Assembly (NCBI GenBank): GCA_032718475.1
Contig: JAUCBJ010009109.1
Span: 62,001 to 126,000, forward strand
Length of the DNA stretch: 64,000 bases
Direction of reading: 5' to 3'
Origin: Nemertoderma westbladi
Taxonomy: Eukaryota; Animalia; Xenacoelomorpha
Below the pieces are notes generated by a model. The model saw nothing but the letters and a program-made list of their open reading frames with translations, made no database searches and was not told the origin of the DNA. Each line of letters starts with the position of its first letter. Within the stretch, counting starts at the first letter, position 1. The position numbers were made by a program, and so were the translations under genes. This document shows, piece after piece, positions 24,201 through 39,250 of the stretch.

Positions 24201-27200
24201 CGTGTTGTAATCCATCTACCGTAGGTCGAGCTAGTGTAGCTGTATGCGTGTTGTAATCCATCTACCGTAGGTCGAGCTAGTGTAGCTGTATGCGTGTTGT
24301 AATCCATCTACCGTAGGTCGAGCTAGTGTAGCTGTATGCGTGTTGTAATCCATCTACCGTAGGTCGAGCTAGTGTAGCTGTATGCGTGTTGTAATCCATC
24401 TACCGTAGGTCGAGCTAGTGTAGCTGTATGCGTGTTGTAATCCATCTACCGTAGGTCGAGCTAGTGTAGCTGTATGCGTGTTGTAATCCATCTACCGTAG
24501 GTCGAGCTAGTGTAGCTGTATGCGTGTTGTAATCCATCTACCGTAGGTCGAGCTAGTGTAGCTGTATGCGTGTTGTAATCCATCTACCGTAGGTCGAGCT
24601 AGTGTAGCTGTATGCGTGTTGTAATCCATCTACCGTAGGTCGAGCTAGTGTAGCTGTATGCGTGTTGTAATCCATCTACCGTAGGTCGAGCTAGTGTAGC
24701 TGTATGCGTGTTGTAATCCATCTACCGTAGGTCGAGCTAGTGTAGCTGTATGCGTGTTGTAATCCATCTACCGTAGGTCGAGCTAGTGTAGCTGTATGCG
24801 TGTTGTAATCCATCTACCGTAGGTCGAGCTAGTGTAGCTGTATGCGTGTTGTAATCCATCTACCGTAGGTCGAGCTAGTGTAGCTGTATGCGTGTTGTAA
24901 TCCATCTACCGTAGGTCGAGCTAGTGTAGCTGTATGCGTGTTGTAATCCATCTACCGTAGGTCGAGCTAGTGTAGCTGTATGCGTGTTGTAATCCATCTA
25001 CCGTAGGTCGAGCTAGTGTAGCTGTATGCGTGTTGTAATCCATCTACCGTAGGTCGAGCTAGTGTAGCTGTATGCGTGTTGTAATCCATCTACCGTAGGT
25101 CGAGCTAGTGTAGCTGTATGCGTGTTGTAATCCATCTACCGTAGGTCGAGCTAGTGTAGCTGTATGCGTGTTGTAATCCATCTACCGTAGGTCGAGCTAG
25201 TGTAGCTGTATGCGTGTTGTAATCCATCTACCGTAGGTCGAGCTAGTGTAGCTGTATGCGTGTTGTAATCCATCTACCGTAGGTCGAGCTAGTGTAGCTG
25301 TATGCGTGTTGTAATCCATCTACCGTAGGTCGAGCTAGTGTAGCTGTATGCGTGTTGTAATCCATCTACCGTAGGTCGAGCTAGTGTAGCTGTATGCGTG
25401 TTGTAATCCATCTACCGTAGGTCGAGCTAGTGTAGCTGTATGCGTGTTGTAATCCATCTACCGTAGGTCGAGCTAGTGTAGCTGTATGCGTGTTGTAATC
25501 CATCTACCGTAGGTCGAGCTAGTGTAGCTGTATGCGTGTTGTAATCCATCTACCGTAGGTCGAGCTAGTGTAGCTGTATGCGTGTTGTAATCCATCTACC
25601 GTAGGTCGAGCTAGTGTAGCTGTATGCGTGTTGTAATCCATCTACCGTAGGTCGAGCTAGTGTAGCTGTATGCGTGTTGTAATCCATCTACCGTAGGTCG
25701 AGCTAGTGTAGCTGTATGCGTGTTGTAATCCATCTACCGTAGGTCGAGCTAGTGTAGCTGTATGCGTGTTGTAATCCATCTACCGTAGGTCGAGCTAGTG
25801 TAGCTGTATGCGTGTTGTAATCCATCTACCGTAGGTCGAGCTAGTGTAGCTGTATGCGTGTTGTAATCCATCTACCGTAGGTCGAGCTAGTGTAGCTGTA
25901 TGCGTGTTGTAATCCATCTACCGTAGGTCGAGCTAGTGTAGCTGTATGCGTGTTGTAATCCATCTACCGTAGGTCGAGCTAGTGTAGCTGTATGCGTGTT
26001 GTAATCCATCTACCGTAGGTCGAGCTAGTGTAGCTGTATGCGTGTTGTAATCCATCTACCGTAGGTCGAGCTAGTGTAGCTGTATGCGTGTTGTAATCCA
26101 TCTACCGTAGGTCGAGCTAGTGTAGCTGTATGCGTGTTGTAATCCATCTACCGTAGGTCGAGCTAGTGTAGCTGTATGCGTGTTGTAATCCATCTACCGT
26201 AGGTCGAGCTAGTGTAGCTGTATGCGTGTTGTAATCCATCTACCGTAGGTCGAGCTAGTGTAGCTGTATGCGTGTTGTAATCCATCTACCGTAGGTCGAG
26301 CTAGTGTAGCTGTATGCGTGTTGTAATCCATCTACCGTAGGTCGAGCTAGTGTAGCTGTATGCGTGTTGTAATCCATCTACCGTAGGTCGAGCTAGTGTA
26401 GCTGTATGCGTGTTGTAATCCATCTACCGTAGGTCGAGCTAGTGTAGCTGTATGCGTGTTGTAATCCATCTACCGTAGGTCGAGCTAGTGTAGCTGTATG
26501 CGTGTTGTAATCCATCTACCGTAGGTCGAGCTAGTGTAGCTGTATGCGTGTTGTAATCCATCTACCGTAGGTCGAGCTAGTGTAGCTGTATGCGTGTTGT
26601 AATCCATCTACCGTAGGTCGAGCTAGTGTAGCTGTATGCGTGTTGTAATCCATCTACCGTAGGTCGAGCTAGTGTAGCTGTATGCGTGTTGTAATCCATC
26701 TACCGTAGGTCGAGCTAGTGTAGCTGTATGCGTGTTGTAATCCATCTACCGTAGGTCGAGCTAGTGTAGCTGTATGCGTGTTGTAATCCATCTACCGTAG
26801 GTCGAGCTAGTGTAGCTGTATGCGTGTTGTAATCCATCTACCGTAGGTCGAGCTAGTGTAGCTGTATGCGTGTTGTAATCCATCTACCGTAGGTCGAGCT
26901 AGTGTAGCTGTATGCGTGTTGTAATCCATCTACCGTAGGTCGAGCTAGTGTAGCTGTATGCGTGTTGTAATCCATCTACCGTAGGTCGAGCTAGTGTAGC
27001 TGTATGCGTGTTGTAATCCATCTACCGTAGGTCGAGCTAGTGTAGCTGTATGCGTGTTGTAATCCATCTACCGTAGGTCGAGCTAGTGTAGTCTGTATGC
27101 GTGTTGTAATCCATCTACCGTAGGTCGAGCTAGTGTAGCTGTATGCGTGTTGTAATCCATCTACCGTAGGTCGAGCTAGTGTAGCTGTATGCGTGTTGTA

Positions 27201-30200
27201 ATCCATCTACCGTAGATCGAGCTAGTGTAGCTGTATGCGTGTTGTAATCCATCTACCGTAGGTCGAGCTAGTGTAGCTGTATGCGTGTTGTAATCCATCT
27301 ACCGTAGGTCGAGCTAGTGTAGCTGTATGCGTGTTGTAATCCATCTACCGTAGGTCGAGCTAGTGTAGTACTGTATGCGTGTTGTAATCCATCTACCGTA
27401 GGTCGAGCTAGTGTAGCTGTATGCGTGTTGTAATCCATCTACCGTAGGTCGAGCTAGTGTAGCTGTATGCGTGTTGTAATCCATCTACCGTAGGTCGAGC
27501 TAGTGTAGCTGTATGCGTGTTGTAATCCATCTACCGTAGGTCGAGCTAGTGTAGCTGTATGCGTGTTGTAATCCATCTACCGTAGGTCGAGCTAGTGTAG
27601 CTGTATGCGTGTTGTAATCCATCTACCGTAGGTCGAGCTAGTGTAGCTGTATGCGTGTTGTAATCCATCTACCGTAGGTCGAGCTAGTGTAGCTGTATGC
27701 GTGTTGTAATCCATCTACCGTAGGTCGAGCTAGTGTAGCTGTATGCGTGTTGTAATCCATCTACCGTAGGTCGAGCTAGTGTAGCTGTATGCGTGTTGTA
27801 ATCCATCTACCGTAGGTCGAGCTAGTGTAGCTGTATGCGTGTTGTAATCCATCTACCGTAGGTCGAGCTAGTGTAGCTGTATGCGTGTTGTAATCCATCT
27901 ACCGTAGGTCGAGCTAGTGTAGCTGTATGCGTGTTGTAATCCATCTACCGTAGGTCGAGCTAGTGTAGCTGTATGCGTGTTGTAATCCATCTACCGTAGG
28001 TCGAGCTAGTGTAGCTGTATGCGTGTTGTAATCCATCTACCGTAGGTCGAGCTAGTGTAGCTGTATGCGTGTTGTAATCCATCTACCGTAGGTCGAGCTA
28101 GTGTAGCTGTATGCGTGTTGTAATCCATCTACCGTAGGTCGAGCTAGTGTAGCTGTATGCGTGTTGTAATCCATCTACCGTAGGTCGAGCTAGTGTAGCT
28201 GTATGCGTGTTGTAATCCATCTACCGTAGGTCGAGCTAGTGTAGCTGTATGCGTGTTGTAATCCATCTACCGTAGGTCGAGCTAGTGTAGCTGTATGCGT
28301 GTTGTAATCCATCTACCGTAGGTCTAGCTAGTGTAGCTGTATGCGTGTTGTAATCCATCTACCGTAGGTCGAGCTAGTGTAGCTGTATGCGTGTTGTAAT
28401 CCATCTACCGTAGGTCGAGCTAGTGTAGCTGTATGCGTGTTGTAATCCATCTACCGTAGATCGAGCTAGTGTAGCTGTATGCGTGTTGTAATCCATCTAC
28501 CGTAGGTCGAGCTAGTGTAGCTGTATGCGTGTTGTAATCCATCTACCGTAGGTCGAGCTAGTGTAGCTGTATGCGTGTTGTAATCCATCTACCGTAGGTC
28601 GAGCTAGTGTAGCTGTATGCGTGTTGTAATCCATCTACCGTAGGTCGAGCTAGTGTAGCTGTATGCGTGTTGTAATCCATCTACCGTAGGTCGAGCTAGT
28701 GTAGCTGTATGCGTGTTGTAATCCATCTACCGTAGGTCGAGCTAGTGTAGCTGTATGCGTGTTGTAATCCATCTACCGTAGATCGAGCTAGTGTAGCTGT
28801 ATGCGTGTTGTAATCCATCTACCGTAGGTCGAGCTAGTGTAGCTGTATGCGTGTTGTAATCCATCTACCGTAGGTCGAGCTAGTGTAGCTGTATGCGTGT
28901 TGTAATCCATCTACCGTAGGTCGAGCTAGTGTAGCTGTATGCGTGTTGTAATCCATCTACCGTAGGTCGAGCTAGTGTAGCTGTATGCGTGTTGTAATCC
29001 ATCTACCGTAGGTCGAGCTAGTGTAGCTGTATGCGTGTTGTAATCCATCTACCGTAGATCGAGCTACTGCAGTACTGTATGCGTGTTGTAATCCATCTAC
29101 CGTAGGTCGAGCTAGTGTAGCTGTATGCGTGTTGTAATCCATCTACCGTAGATCGAGCTAGTGTAGCTGTATGCGTGTTGTAATCCATCTACCGTAGGTC
29201 GAGCTAGTGTAGCTGTATGCGTGTTGTAATCCATCTACCGTAGGTCGAGCTAGTGTAGCTGTATGCGTGTTGTAATCCATCTACCGTAGATCGAGCTACT
29301 GCAGTACTGTATGCGTGTTGTAATCCATCTACCGTAGGTCGAGCTAGTGTAGCTGTATGCGTGTTGTAATCCATCTACCGTAGATCGAGCTAGTGTAGCT
29401 GTATGCGTGTTGTAATCCATCTACCGTAGGTCGAGCTAGTGTAGCTGTATGCGTGTTGTAATCCATCTACCGTAGGTCGAGCTAGTGTAGCTGTATGCGT
29501 GTTGTAATCCATCTACCGTAGGTCGAGCTAGTGTAGCTGTATGCGTGTTGTAATCCATCTACCGTAGGTCGAGCTAGTGTAGCTGTATGCGTGTTGTAAT
29601 CCATCTACCGTAGGTCGAGCTAGTGTAGCTGTATGCGTGTTGTAATCCATCTACCGTAGGTCGAGCTAGTGTAGCTGTATGCGTGTTGTAATCCATCTAC
29701 CGTAGGTCTAGCTAGTGTAGCTGTATGCGTGTTGTAATCCATCTACCGTAGGTCGAGCTAGTGTAGCTGTATGCGTGTTGTAATCCATCTACCGTAGGTC
29801 TAGCTAGTGTAGCTGTATGCGTGTTGTAATCCATCTACCGTAGGACGAGCTAGTGTAGCTGTATGCGTGTTGTAATCCATCTACCGTAGGTCGAGCTAGT
29901 GTAGCTGTATGCGTGTTGTAATCCATCTACCATAGGTCGAGCTAGTGTAGCTGTATGCGTGTTGTAATCCATCTACCGTAGGTGGAGCTAGTGTAGCTGT
30001 ATGCGTGTTGTAATCCATCTACCGTAGGTCGAGCTAGTGTAGCTGTATGCGTGTTGTAATCCATCTACCGTAGGTCGAGCTAGTGTAGCTGTATGCGTGT
30101 TGTAATCCATCTACCGTAGGTCGAGCTAGTGTAGCTGTATGCGTGTTGTAATCCATCTACCGTAGGTCGAGCTAGTGTAGCTGTATGCGTGTTGTAATCC

Positions 30201-30775
30201 ATCTACCGTAGGTCGAGCTAGTGTAGCTGTATGCGTGTTGTAATCCATCTACCGTAGGTCGAGCTAGTGTAGCTGTATGCGTGTTGTAATCCATCTACCG
30301 TAGGTCGAGCTAGTGTAGCTGTATGCGTGTTGTAATCCATCTACCGTAGGTCGAGCTAGTGTAGCTGTATGCGTGTTGTAATCCATCTACCGTAGGTCGA
30401 GCTAGTGTAGCTGTATGCGTGTTGCAATCCATCTACCGTAGGTCGAGCTAGTGTAGCTGTATGCGTGTTGTAATCCATCTACCGTAGGTCGAGGTAGTGT
30501 AGCTGTATGCGTGTTGTAATCCATCTACCGTAGGTCGAGCTAGTGTAGCTGTATGCGTGTTGTAATCCATCTACCGTAGGTCGAGCTAGTGTAGCTGTAT
30601 GCGTGTTGTAATCCATCTACCGTAGGTCGAGCTAGTGTAGCTGTATGCGTGTTGTAATCCATCTACCGTAGGTCGAGCTAGTGTAGCTGTATGCGTGTTG
30701 TAATCCATCTACCGTAGGTCGAGCTAGTGTAGCTGTATGCGTGTTATAATCCATCTACCGTAGGTCGAGCTATTG
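21215..30775. repeat. 46-bp satellite, ~208 near-identical units (minimum; abuts the gap)
   Basis: Unit TTGTAATCCATCTACCGTAGGTCGAGCTAGTGTAGCTGTATGCGTG; I saw variants only beyond ~27090. Confidence 0.98.
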
Positions 30776-31191
30776 TAGTAGTTTGTCTGTACCAAACTTG
30801 GGGGAAATCCCACCAATAGACTCCTTGTTGCTATGTGAAATCCCTGTTGCTAAGTATAATTTATTTTCATAGACTTTTAGGTGCTATTAGAGAGATAATG
30901 TAGAATAAAAAAAAATTGGTTAGGATGAATTGCGAATTATTTTAGGGTTACGACCCCCTACTTTTCGCTAGATGGCCTACCAGATAAAAAATTGCTAAAT
31001 TTTGAGTAATTATAAATTAAGTAATTGTAATTATAAAAAATACGCTAAATACATTGATTGGCATTTAATTCTTAATGTAAGTTTAAAAAGGTATTTAATT
31101 TTTTTAATTTATTTAATTTGTTAAATTTTTTTAATATTTTTTTATTTACAATGATAAACTCGAAAATATAGATAGATAGATACACAATTAA

Positions 31192-31310
31192 GGGCCCATG
31201 TGAAGTATACTAGACTTTCTGCCGTTATTTTTCACTTTACTTAAATTTTCACTAAAACCCAGGTTTCAGAAGGGCTGATTCTAACCAAAAATAACAAACG
31301 AATAAGTATG
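31192..31310 (+). mobile_element. Diverged partial copy of the MITE at 41435-41868
   Basis: GGCCCATGTGAAGTATACTAGACTTTCTGCCGTTA...GAAGGGCTGATTCTAACCAAAA matches the left arm of that MITE. Confidence 0.75.
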
Positions 31311-31572
31311 CTTCCCCGCCTTCGCATACTTTAGATATTGAGTGTTTATAACAGCGGTTGCTAGGGTCTCAGTCGTTGTTGACATGGAAACACGTGTTAT
31401 TAAAATTGCTCAAGGCGGAGAGAGCAACACCCTCCCTAATATCGATTGGTTAATTCAGATTAATGTACATAACGTATTGCATTTTTTTGTAGTTAAAAAT
31501 GACATAATTAAATAAATTACACTTCTTTACGAACAATTATTAATCATTTTTAATTAACAAACAATATAGTGA

Positions 31573-32408
31573 GTAAGAAACTAACCGGAAGTAATGTTAC
31601 TGTCCTCGCTGTAAGAAACTAACCGGAAGTAATGTTACTGTCCTCGCTGTAAGAAACTAACCGGAAGTAATGTTACAGTCCTCGCTGTAAGAAACTAACC
31701 GGAAGTAATGTTACAGTCATCGCTGTAAGAAACTAACCGGAAGTAATGTTACTGTCCTTGCTGTAAGAAACTAACCGGAAGTAATGTTACAGTCCTCGCT
31801 GTAAGAAACTATCCGGAAGTAATGTAACTGTCCTCGCTGTAAGAAACTAACCGGAAGTAATGTTACTGTCCTCGCTGTAAGAAACTAACCGGAAGTAATG
31901 TTACTGTCCTCGCTGTAAGAAACTAACCGGAGGTAATGTTACTGTCCTCGCTGTAAGAAACTAACCGGAAGTAATGTTACAGTCCTCGCTGTAAGAAACT
32001 ATCCGGAAGTAATGTAACTGTCCTCGCTGTAAGAAACTAACCGGAAGTAATGTTACTGTCCTCGCTGTAAGAAACTAACCGGAAGTAATGTTACTGCCCT
32101 CGCTGTAAGAAACTAACCGGAGGTAATGTTACTGTCCTCGCTGTAAGAAACTAACCGGAAGTAATGTTACTGTCCTCGCTGTAAGAAACTAACCGGAAGT
32201 AATGTTACTGTCCTCGCTGTAAGAAACTAACCGGAAGTAATGTTACTGTCCTCGCTGTAAGAAACTAACCGGAAGTAATGTTACTGTCCTCGCTGTAAGA
32301 AACTAACCGGAAGTAATGTTACTGTCCTCGCTGTAAGAAACTAACCGGAAGTAATGTTACTGTCCTCGCTGTAAGAAACTAACCGGAAGTAATGTTACTG
32401 TCCTCGCT
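31573..32408 (-). repeat. 38-bp minisatellite (22 units) built from an exon end + 5' splice site
   Basis: Minus-strand unit AGCGAGGACAGTAACATTACTTCCG|GTTAGTTTCTTAC; the first unit overlaps the exon. Confidence 0.95.
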
Positions 32409-32578
32409 AGCGGGAGAGTTTGGTACGACATTCTTTATCTGCAGTAGTTGGGGTGTGGTATCACTTCCTACCACAGTAAAGCCCAACCCTTGGGGCGACT
32501 TGTGTATGGTCGTGTTATAACGCTGACCAGTTAGCAATGAAGGGTGGACATCAGTGTTGGTTGGAAGAGCTTTCAGAT
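32384..32578 (-). CDS. MAGI: MAGI exon: first half of PDZ1
   Basis: Acceptor TGTAG|AT; DLKALPTNTDVHPSLLTGQRYNTTIHKSPQGLGFTVVGSDTTPQLLQIKNVVPNSPASEDSNITS-G; donor G|GTTAGT; 195 nt; joins in frame to GDVLVYINE at 18373. Not in the ORF track. Confidence 0.9.
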
Positions 32579-33101
32579 CTACATGATTTAATACATTAGT
32601 ATATTATTTATAAAAAAGAGAGAAGTACGGAGGAGGAACTGTACGTTGTACAACATTACAATTAATGCGATAATTCCAAATCCAGCTTCGCTTTTTATTC
32701 AATGTTAAATAAATAAAAACTAAAGGACATAAAGACATAATTTTGAATTTTATTTGCCCTGCATGCTGCAGATACTAAAATTGCAATAACTTTTTTGAGT
32801 GTCGTCGCCAACATAGTTTACTAGACCCTCTGACGATTCTTCGAATAAAAAATAATCGAAAATATATACTATAATTGTGTTTTATTTTTTTCCCCAGAGA
32901 AAAAAGTAAAAATTAAATGAGACACCTTTTTTCCGTAGAAAACAATATTTTTCAACGTGAGTCGGAATTGAGCCGATATGTATATGATTATGTATAAATT
33001 AATTTAAACTTAATATCTAGCAAAGAAACTACGGTGGATTCCTAGACATTATCAGATTCCGTCTGATACAGCAAAGATACAATCAAAGCAAAATATGAAC
33101 A

Positions 33102-35785
<2,684 letters not shown>

Positions 35786-37188
35786 ATTTTTTCATATAAT
35801 GTTTGTTAAAGGGGGGTGGTTACTGTGGTTACTGATATGAAGAAATTAAGTGTATTTTATATTGATTTGTTAAAATGGAGGTCAGTGAGGGGGGTTGGGA
35901 AAAGCGAGACCCAATAAAAACGGACTGTCGAATGCGGAGTGTCTATCAGCAGCCGAAATCCGGACGGTAAATTAGAATTATCGCTTTGTAATTGCGGAGT
36001 CCGCTTTTTAAATAAAATACGGACCGAAAAAAGTCGGCTGGAATATTGTGTTCTCATTGGCTGGATCGTATTCTAAGCCCTTGTGGGCTGTATGTGGAGC
36101 GAGCCACGATGTTGGCGGAGCTTTAGCGAACTGACACTGTTAGGGGTGGGTGGGTTAATTTTTGTAAATAGTTGTTGTCGTTACCATATTGACATGCTAA
36201 TGACTTTGCCGGATTTAAAACTGTCGAGTTTAAAATTTGTAAGTATCAACAAGACCAAATAAAGTTGCGATTTTTTAGAGACTTTCATGAAGTTTCAGTT
36301 CGACACATTAAATATCCTCAGAATTCTTTGCGGTAATCCGTTCGAGCTGAAACTTTGTAGATTTGTACTACACCATTAGCTGTGTCATTCAAAGGAAGAT
36401 AATCCTACTGCAGTTCTCTAGTCTGCCGCGAGATGGTAAACTGTCTGAAAGTGAAATCCTCGATCCGTTCCGTTATTTATGATTCGTTTAGATTCAAAAC
36501 TTGTCTAATATGTTCTAGATTACATCTTGTGTGTAATCGGTCTACAGTTCTACAGTCTGCCGCTAGAGGGCGAAACGTATGAAAGTGATAACTTTCCAAA
36601 TTTCCTTGATTTTAATCTGTTTAAGCTGAGTCTTTTTGAAAAATCGATCTGCAGTTCCCCAAAACCTTCCCTCATTTCATTATATGTTATCCGTTCAAGC
36701 TGAAACTTGGAAGATATACGTGATAGACCCTCCATAGGCTGCGACTTTGTGGGGACGGTAATCCCTCAGCAGTTCTCCAGTGTACCGCTAGTGGGCTAAA
36801 CTGAAAACATTACAAATGTCTGAAATGAAAACCTTCAGCCATTTCGTATTATTTACCATATTCCTTTCTTCATGACTGATACATGGCATATATTAATTAT
36901 ATTCTATACCTCAGATGTCTAGAATATAATAGTTGTGGGGTCTTAAATAGACTGTCCAGTCTGCCTCCAATGATCCAAGGTGATACAGTGATCAGGGGAC
37001 ATCTGTTTAAATTTGGCTTATAATTCTTTCGAATTGAAACTTAACAAGTGCTGCGCGAAGGCCCCACTTCGTGAATAAGCCTAGTTAGATACCTAATCAG
37101 GTTCAATTGGGGGAAATCATTTAATTTATATAAAGTACAGTATTCTAGAGTGCTATTGAAAGTAGCGACAAAAGGCGAGGATTATAAA

Positions 37189-37410
37189 AGAGCCAGTTCC
37201 ATTTGAACAATGTAAATGCGTTTCAGTCAATGAGCAACAATGTAAATGCGTTTCAGTCAATGAGCAACAATGTAAATGCGTTTCAGCCAATGAGGACACA
37301 ATATTATATATAGCAGCAGTCCATCTTGTGAAGGAAGGAACAAAAAGCTGACTTAGAGCTATTGCAAAATTGTAGAAATTGACAGTTGCTTCATGGTGGA
37401 AACTGGCTCT
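37189..37410. mobile_element. Small MITE-like element with internal ~30-bp x3 repeat
   Basis: AGAGCCAGTTCCA ... TGGAAACTGGCTCT inverted ends; AACAATGTAAATGCGTTTCAGTCAATGAG x3 inside. Confidence 0.45.
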
Positions 37411-37542
37411 AAAGTAGTAGTATCCTTACCGGTGGCGGTACAGAGGTAAGTAAGTAGCATACATCTGTACCTAAGTACAGAAGTACCGTATCTATCAAAG
37501 TTTATTAGTCGCCTAAACAATCAGACAGTCAAAGGTCTTGTA

Positions 37543-38325
37543 ATGCAAGTAAATAACGAATTTACGATACACGATTGGTCTATTGGGGGGCTAGAAACGT
37601 GTATTGTCGTTGATCTCGATGCCTCGACCACAGTGACCTTCGACCTGGGAAGGGCGACCCGGGAATCTGTCCACAGCGATCTCGTTTTCATATCGCACGG
37701 CCACATGGACCACATCGGCGGCATACTGTGTCACGCCGCCCAGAGGAATGTTCTGGGACTGCCTTCGGCTCGGTACTATGTGCCCCCGCACCTCGAAGCA
37801 CCCCTCAAGGAGACCCTAAAGTCCGCCAGTCTGGTAGACATGCACTCTAGAGACCGGCTAATCAATGTAGAAGTTATTCCGTTGGCTGTCGGCACCTCGG
37901 TTGAGTTACCCGGCTCGAGATGGCTCGTTAAACCCTTCGCTACGCAGCATACAGTCCCTAGCCAGGGGTACCTTGTATATAAAGGAGACCAGCAGACACC
38001 CAAGCTCGCCTACACAGGAGATACAACCATTCAGGGTTTGTTAGCCGAAGAAAATAGCGAAGTTTTAAACGTGGACGTTCTGATAACGGAAGTAAGTTTC
38101 CTTAACCCAGGCGAATTGAATAAAAGTCAGGAGAAGGGCCACACACACGTAGACGATATTATTAGTAATATAAGTCGCTTCCATAAGGTATCCGCATTGG
38201 TTTTTATGCATTTTAACTTCAGACTGAATGAGAAAGATATAGTGAGAATAATTGGTAAACAAGTTTCGGATCACCAGTTTAATGGAATAAAAGTTCATCT
38301 AGCTTTGTCCGCGTTCAAGGAATAA
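37543..38325 (+). CDS. Short-form, TM-type-like tRNase Z / metallo-beta-lactamase-fold nuclease, intronless
   Basis: SIGGLETC, FDLG, FISHGHMDHIGG (HxHxDH), PFATQHTVPSQGY, AYTGDT, LITEVSF, GHTH, MHF. Confidence 0.85.
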   Translation: MQVNNEFTIHDWSIGGLETCIVVDLDASTTVTFDLGRATRESVHSDLVFISHGHMDHIGGILCHAAQRNVLGLPSARYYVPPHLEAPLKETLKSASLVDMHSRDRLINVEVIPLAVGTSVELPGSRWLVKPFATQHTVPSQGYLVYKGDQQTPKLAYTGDTTIQGLLAEENSEVLNVDVLITEVSFLNPGELNKSQEKGHTHVDDIISNISRFHKVSALVFMHFNFRLNEKDIVRIIGKQVSDHQFNGIKVHLALSAFKE

Positions 38326-38413
38326 ACCTGGATGTACATGTGGATTCAACTCATTTCGAATATTATTAATCGTTATATTTATAAATTTGTATTCAATTAT
38401 TTGACGTTTAAAA

Positions 38414-38985
38414 GGTGGGGTAGCTCAGTTGGTTGAGAGCCGGGCCTGCAATCTATTGGTTGTAGGTTCAACCCCGCCAGGGTCCACTCAGCCTTTCATC
38501 CACTGGGGTCGATAAAATGAGAACAGTTAAATAACTGGGAGAAACTCTTGGGATAGGAGTAGCGCCCACCCCTACCTTCGGGTAGCAGATAGGAGTAGCG
38601 CCCACCCCTACCTTCGGGTAGCAGATAGGAGTAGCGCCCACCCCTATCTTCGGGTAGCACCCAGCCCTACCCTCCGGTAGCACCCAGGCCTATCCTCGGG
38701 TAGCGCCCACCCCTATCTTCGGGTAGCACCCAGCCCTACCCTCCGGTAGCACCCAGGCCTATCCTCGGGTAGCGCCCACCCCTATCTTCGGGTAGCACCC
38801 AGCCCTACCCTCCGGTAGCACCCAGGCCTATCCTCGGGTAGCGCCCACCCCTATCTTCGGGTAGCACCCAGCCCTACCCTCCGGTAGCACCCAGGCCTAT
38901 CCTCGGGTAGCACCCACCCCTATCTTCGGGTAGCACCCAGCCCTACCCTCGGGTAGCAGCAATCGAAACCGGCCTCGGCCGACGG
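38414..38985 (+). mobile_element. tRNA-derived SINE with Meta/Sauria-like core and expanded internal repeats
   Basis: A box TAGCTCAGTTGG, anticodon-like CTGCAA, B box GGTTCAACCC, then CTCAGCCTTTCATCCACTGGGGTCGATAAAATGAG core; CCCACCCCTA(C/T)CTTCGGGTAGC repeats ~38556-38957. Confidence 0.75.
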
Positions 38986-39250
38986 TTTGATTTGCTTTTG
39001 TAAATTTAGTATTTTTTTTAATTTGAGTGTCTGGGATTCGATTTAATCAAAATAGTGCTTTACATAGCACAGTAAATATTAAATAAATTGGCAATTAATA
39101 ATAATAATAAATAATTTATATAGCGCCTTACCTAAGTTTGTTAGTTATGGGAAGCACGAGATTGCATATTATGAATAATTTATCACATATTAATTAATTA
39201 TAACAATTATTAATAAAGCTATTGGCATTTACTTTTAATTTCATCTGATT

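Noticed and set aside
21215-30775. CRISPR-like array
   Set aside because: Pure head-to-tail repeats with no unique spacers, no cas genes, eukaryotic context. The same holds for the other arrays.
35857-36057. WW1 exon candidate (NLPSGF...)
   Set aside because: Lacks the WW tryptophans and YY.DH signature, and has no suitable donor.
38414-38490. tRNA-Cys gene
   Set aside because: Poor acceptor and anticodon stem pairing, and it runs straight into a SINE core.
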